Under the pieces are notes generated by a model. That model did not search any database. It saw nothing but the letters and a program-made list of their open reading frames with translations, and was not told where the DNA came from. Positions 30,293 through 32,000 of a DNA stretch of 32,000 nucleotides are shown here, in pieces. Within the stretch, counting starts at the first letter, position 1. Each line of letters starts with the position of its first letter. Position numbers and translations under genes: made by a program. The stretch comes from Geobacter metallireducens GS-15. Its GTDB lineage: Bacteria > Desulfobacterota > Desulfuromonadia > Geobacterales > Geobacteraceae. The stretch spans positions 1,980,001 through 2,012,000 of the forward strand of contig NC_007517.1 in NCBI RefSeq assembly GCF_000012925.1. Reading direction: 5' to 3'.

Positions 30293-30547
30293 ATGCTCAC
30301 GATCGACCTCACCTCCACCCTCAAACTCTTTACCTCCCTCTACCGCGCCCCCGGCGCGGTCTGGACCGAGGCCACCAGACGCAAGGCGCCACATAAGCCG
30401 TTGCTCCTCCTGGCGGTGCTGGACCTGGTGCATCGCGGCGTCATCACCACCCCGTTCATCGACGTCACCGCCGATCTGGTGGAGTTTAACTCGTTGGAAA
30501 AAGACGGGCTGCTCGCGCCGAAAACATGGTCGAAGAAGATACTGTGA
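30293..30547 (+). pseudogene. N-terminal fragment of an HNH_2-type endonuclease family gene, 84-aa ORF
   Basis: WTEATRRKAPHKPLLLLAVLDLVHRGVITTPFIDVTADLVEF resembles the conserved N-terminus of proteins that end in an HNH_2 nuclease domain. Recognisable similarity stops near 30490. The ORF starts 5 nt after the preceding stop and has no SD. Confidence 0.45.
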
Positions 30548-31815
30548 CAAGAATGCTTTATAACGAAACTGATAGCGGGGAGTTCACACGAAAGGTCGTC
30601 ACTCTTTTGGGAGAGGCTACCGCATTGCAGGGAACGCTGCATATGCCCGGAGTACGCGATGATTATCGATCTCGGCTGGAGCAGGTTGTTCTGTTGGCCA
30701 GAAGGGCGCTGGGCAATGCGGGGGAGAACCGGGAGGTTGCGTTGCTCCAATGGGTGTTGGTTCAGGCTTTAGGGGCCCGGGGAGAGGATGCGCGCTATGG
30801 TGCCGGGCAGCTCTCTCGCGGTTCTCAGCGGGCGCCCACATTGGAAGATTGCGAAGACGGCTGGCAGCGAGTAGAGCAGATCGTTTGCAATGCAGAAGAT
30901 GCGGCATTGGAGACCGCACGTATTGCCCAGCTACTTAATACGGCCAAAGCGAGAGAGATTGCCCGCAGAGCTGAAGTTGCCGGAAAAGCCGCCAGGAAAA
31001 TCGTCCTGGAGCGGAACCGCGCATATACTTTCCATGCCGATCCCGGCTTCTCGTTTGGCGAAGGCTGGTACCTGGCTGCTGCGGCACTGTTTGCCGGCCT
31101 TTCTATTCAGATCAGACCTGGCGCTGCCCAAGAATTGCAAGTCAGGCGGTTCCTTTTCGATGCCGGGTTAGAAGGATCCCTTCGCCCTTATCGGTCTCGT
31201 CCGGCGAGCCCCAAGCATCTGACTCATATCATTGCCGAGGCTTTTCGCACCGACGCGCCAGGAGCACAGTGCACGCTGCGCGCAGGCTTTCTGGGAGACG
31301 AATCGCCGTCGGCTGCCTTAAGATCATGGATTGATGGCAAGGTGGGGGGGAAGCTGGAACAGAAGGTGCTGCTTTGGGTTCGAACGGGTGACCACGATGC
31401 CCAGCGCAATACCTGTTTCGATGAATTGCGTCAGCTTTCTGAACTGGTATTGAATGCCGGGCTCACCCCCATCTTTTTCGGCGATAAAGTTCCTCTGGAG
31501 CTTGTTCCGCCAAGCGCAGTCAACCTGACCCTGTGCTGGAAAGAGCCGCTCTTCCAGGGGCCGGACATGCGCCGAGCGCAACTGCAACTGTTTGAAGAGT
31601 TGAGATGCCGCCACGGCCTGGTGGGCCAGATTGGCGTTACCACTGCCGGCATGGACGGACCGGCGCTTATGGGATTGCCCACCCTTTATCTCACCCAGGA
31701 ACGCAACGTCCGACTGGGCAAGTGGGTGGGAGCCGTTCCGGGATATCAAGAGGTCGTGCGGGAGCCGGGCTATTTCGAAATCATTCGCACCACCCAGCAT
31801 CATTGGCAGCAGTGA
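30526..31815 (+). CDS. hypothetical protein, 429 aa; C-terminal half possibly Rossmann/GT-B-like
   Basis: Long uninterrupted ORF with host-like GC and no competing ORF. VLLWVRTGDHDAQRNTCFDELRQLSELVLNAGLTPIFFGD...GQIGVTTAGMDGPALMGLPTLYLT loosely recalls the C-terminal domain of GT9-type glycosyltransferases. This rests on weak similarity recalled from memory only. Confidence 0.5.
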   Translation: MVEEDTVTRMLYNETDSGEFTRKVVTLLGEATALQGTLHMPGVRDDYRSRLEQVVLLARRALGNAGENREVALLQWVLVQALGARGEDARYGAGQLSRGSQRAPTLEDCEDGWQRVEQIVCNAEDAALETARIAQLLNTAKAREIARRAEVAGKAARKIVLERNRAYTFHADPGFSFGEGWYLAAAALFAGLSIQIRPGAAQELQVRRFLFDAGLEGSLRPYRSRPASPKHLTHIIAEAFRTDAPGAQCTLRAGFLGDESPSAALRSWIDGKVGGKLEQKVLLWVRTGDHDAQRNTCFDELRQLSELVLNAGLTPIFFGDKVPLELVPPSAVNLTLCWKEPLFQGPDMRRAQLQLFEELRCRHGLVGQIGVTTAGMDGPALMGLPTLYLTQERNVRLGKWVGAVPGYQEVVREPGYFEIIRTTQHHWQQ

Positions 31816-31825
31816 CCCTCGGGGC

Positions 31826-32000
31826 ATGCTGGCCAATCTGGAGCAGGCCCACCTGCCGCTGGTGAAGGAGATCGTGGAAGCGGACAACTATCGGCCGGCG
31901 GTGCGGGATCAGGCCTTCCGACGGGTGGTGACCACGGCCTACGACCCCCGCTGCGCCCTGTGCGGCATTCGCATCGTCACTCCCGACGGCCACACGATGG
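31826..32000 (+). CDS. C-terminal HNH_2 endonuclease segment (partial, runs off the window end)
   Basis: MLANLEQAHLPLVKEIVEADNYRPAVRDQAFRRVVTTAYDPRCALCGIRIVTPDGHTM is the characteristic lead-in to the HNH_2 motif (FR..V...Y...CA.CG). It is in the same reading frame (mod 3) as the 30293 fragment. It is absent from the ORF track because it is open at the window end. Confidence 0.6.
   Translation, partial: MLANLEQAHLPLVKEIVEADNYRPAVRDQAFRRVVTTAYDPRCALCGIRIVTPDGHTM

Noticed and set aside
30490-31826. Intein or group II intron as an explanation for the interrupted HNH-family gene, since both flanks share a reading frame.
   Set aside because: The intervening segment contains in-frame stops, and its long ORF is in another frame. 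There are no intein splice-junction or Hint motifs, no reverse-transcriptase/maturase motifs and no obvious domain V-like structure.
25161-32000. A second copy of the tRNA-Gly 3' end (attR) inside the window.
   Set aside because: Visual scanning for GGTTCGAATCCC / TTTCCCGCTCCA found none, so the island end is presumably beyond 32000. This was not an exhaustive computational search.

Overview
The window splits into two parts. Positions 1-19.4 kb are GC-rich, syntenic housekeeping chromosome. Gene order and a nested-palindrome intergenic repeat suggest a Geobacter-like Desulfuromonadales genome, but that is inference, no search was run. This part carries a partial histidine kinase, lepA-lepB, pyrR-pyrB-pyrC-carA, a radical-SAM gene, a DUF486/DMT gene, carB, greA, a DUF1858 gene, recG, ppnP, a thioredoxin-fused membrane protein, gluQ, a small membrane protein, a TerC-family gene and tRNA-Gly(GCC). 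Directly 3' of the tRNA, an integrative island starts and runs past the window end. It holds a co-directional operon of hypothetical gene, two-tyrosine HUH rolling-circle Rep, excisionase and tyrosine integrase. It then has an IS5/IS1182-like transposase stub cut by a complete IS21-family element (istA/istB), a MutT-type Nudix gene and a decayed antitoxin remnant. Next comes a visibly AT-richer cassette: a winged-helix regulator, a minimal nucleotidyltransferase, and a 1149-aa SEFIR/TIR-like + P-loop STAND NTPase + 12 x 36-aa helical-repeat protein. GC-rich DNA follows, in which the two ends of an HNH_2-type endonuclease gene bracket an unrecognisable 429-aa ORF. The best candidate for a new or poorly described system is the regulator / NTase / SEFIR-STAND-repeat cassette, followed by the orphan ORF nested in the HNH gene. 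All calls come from reading the translations and sequence by eye, with no database searches.
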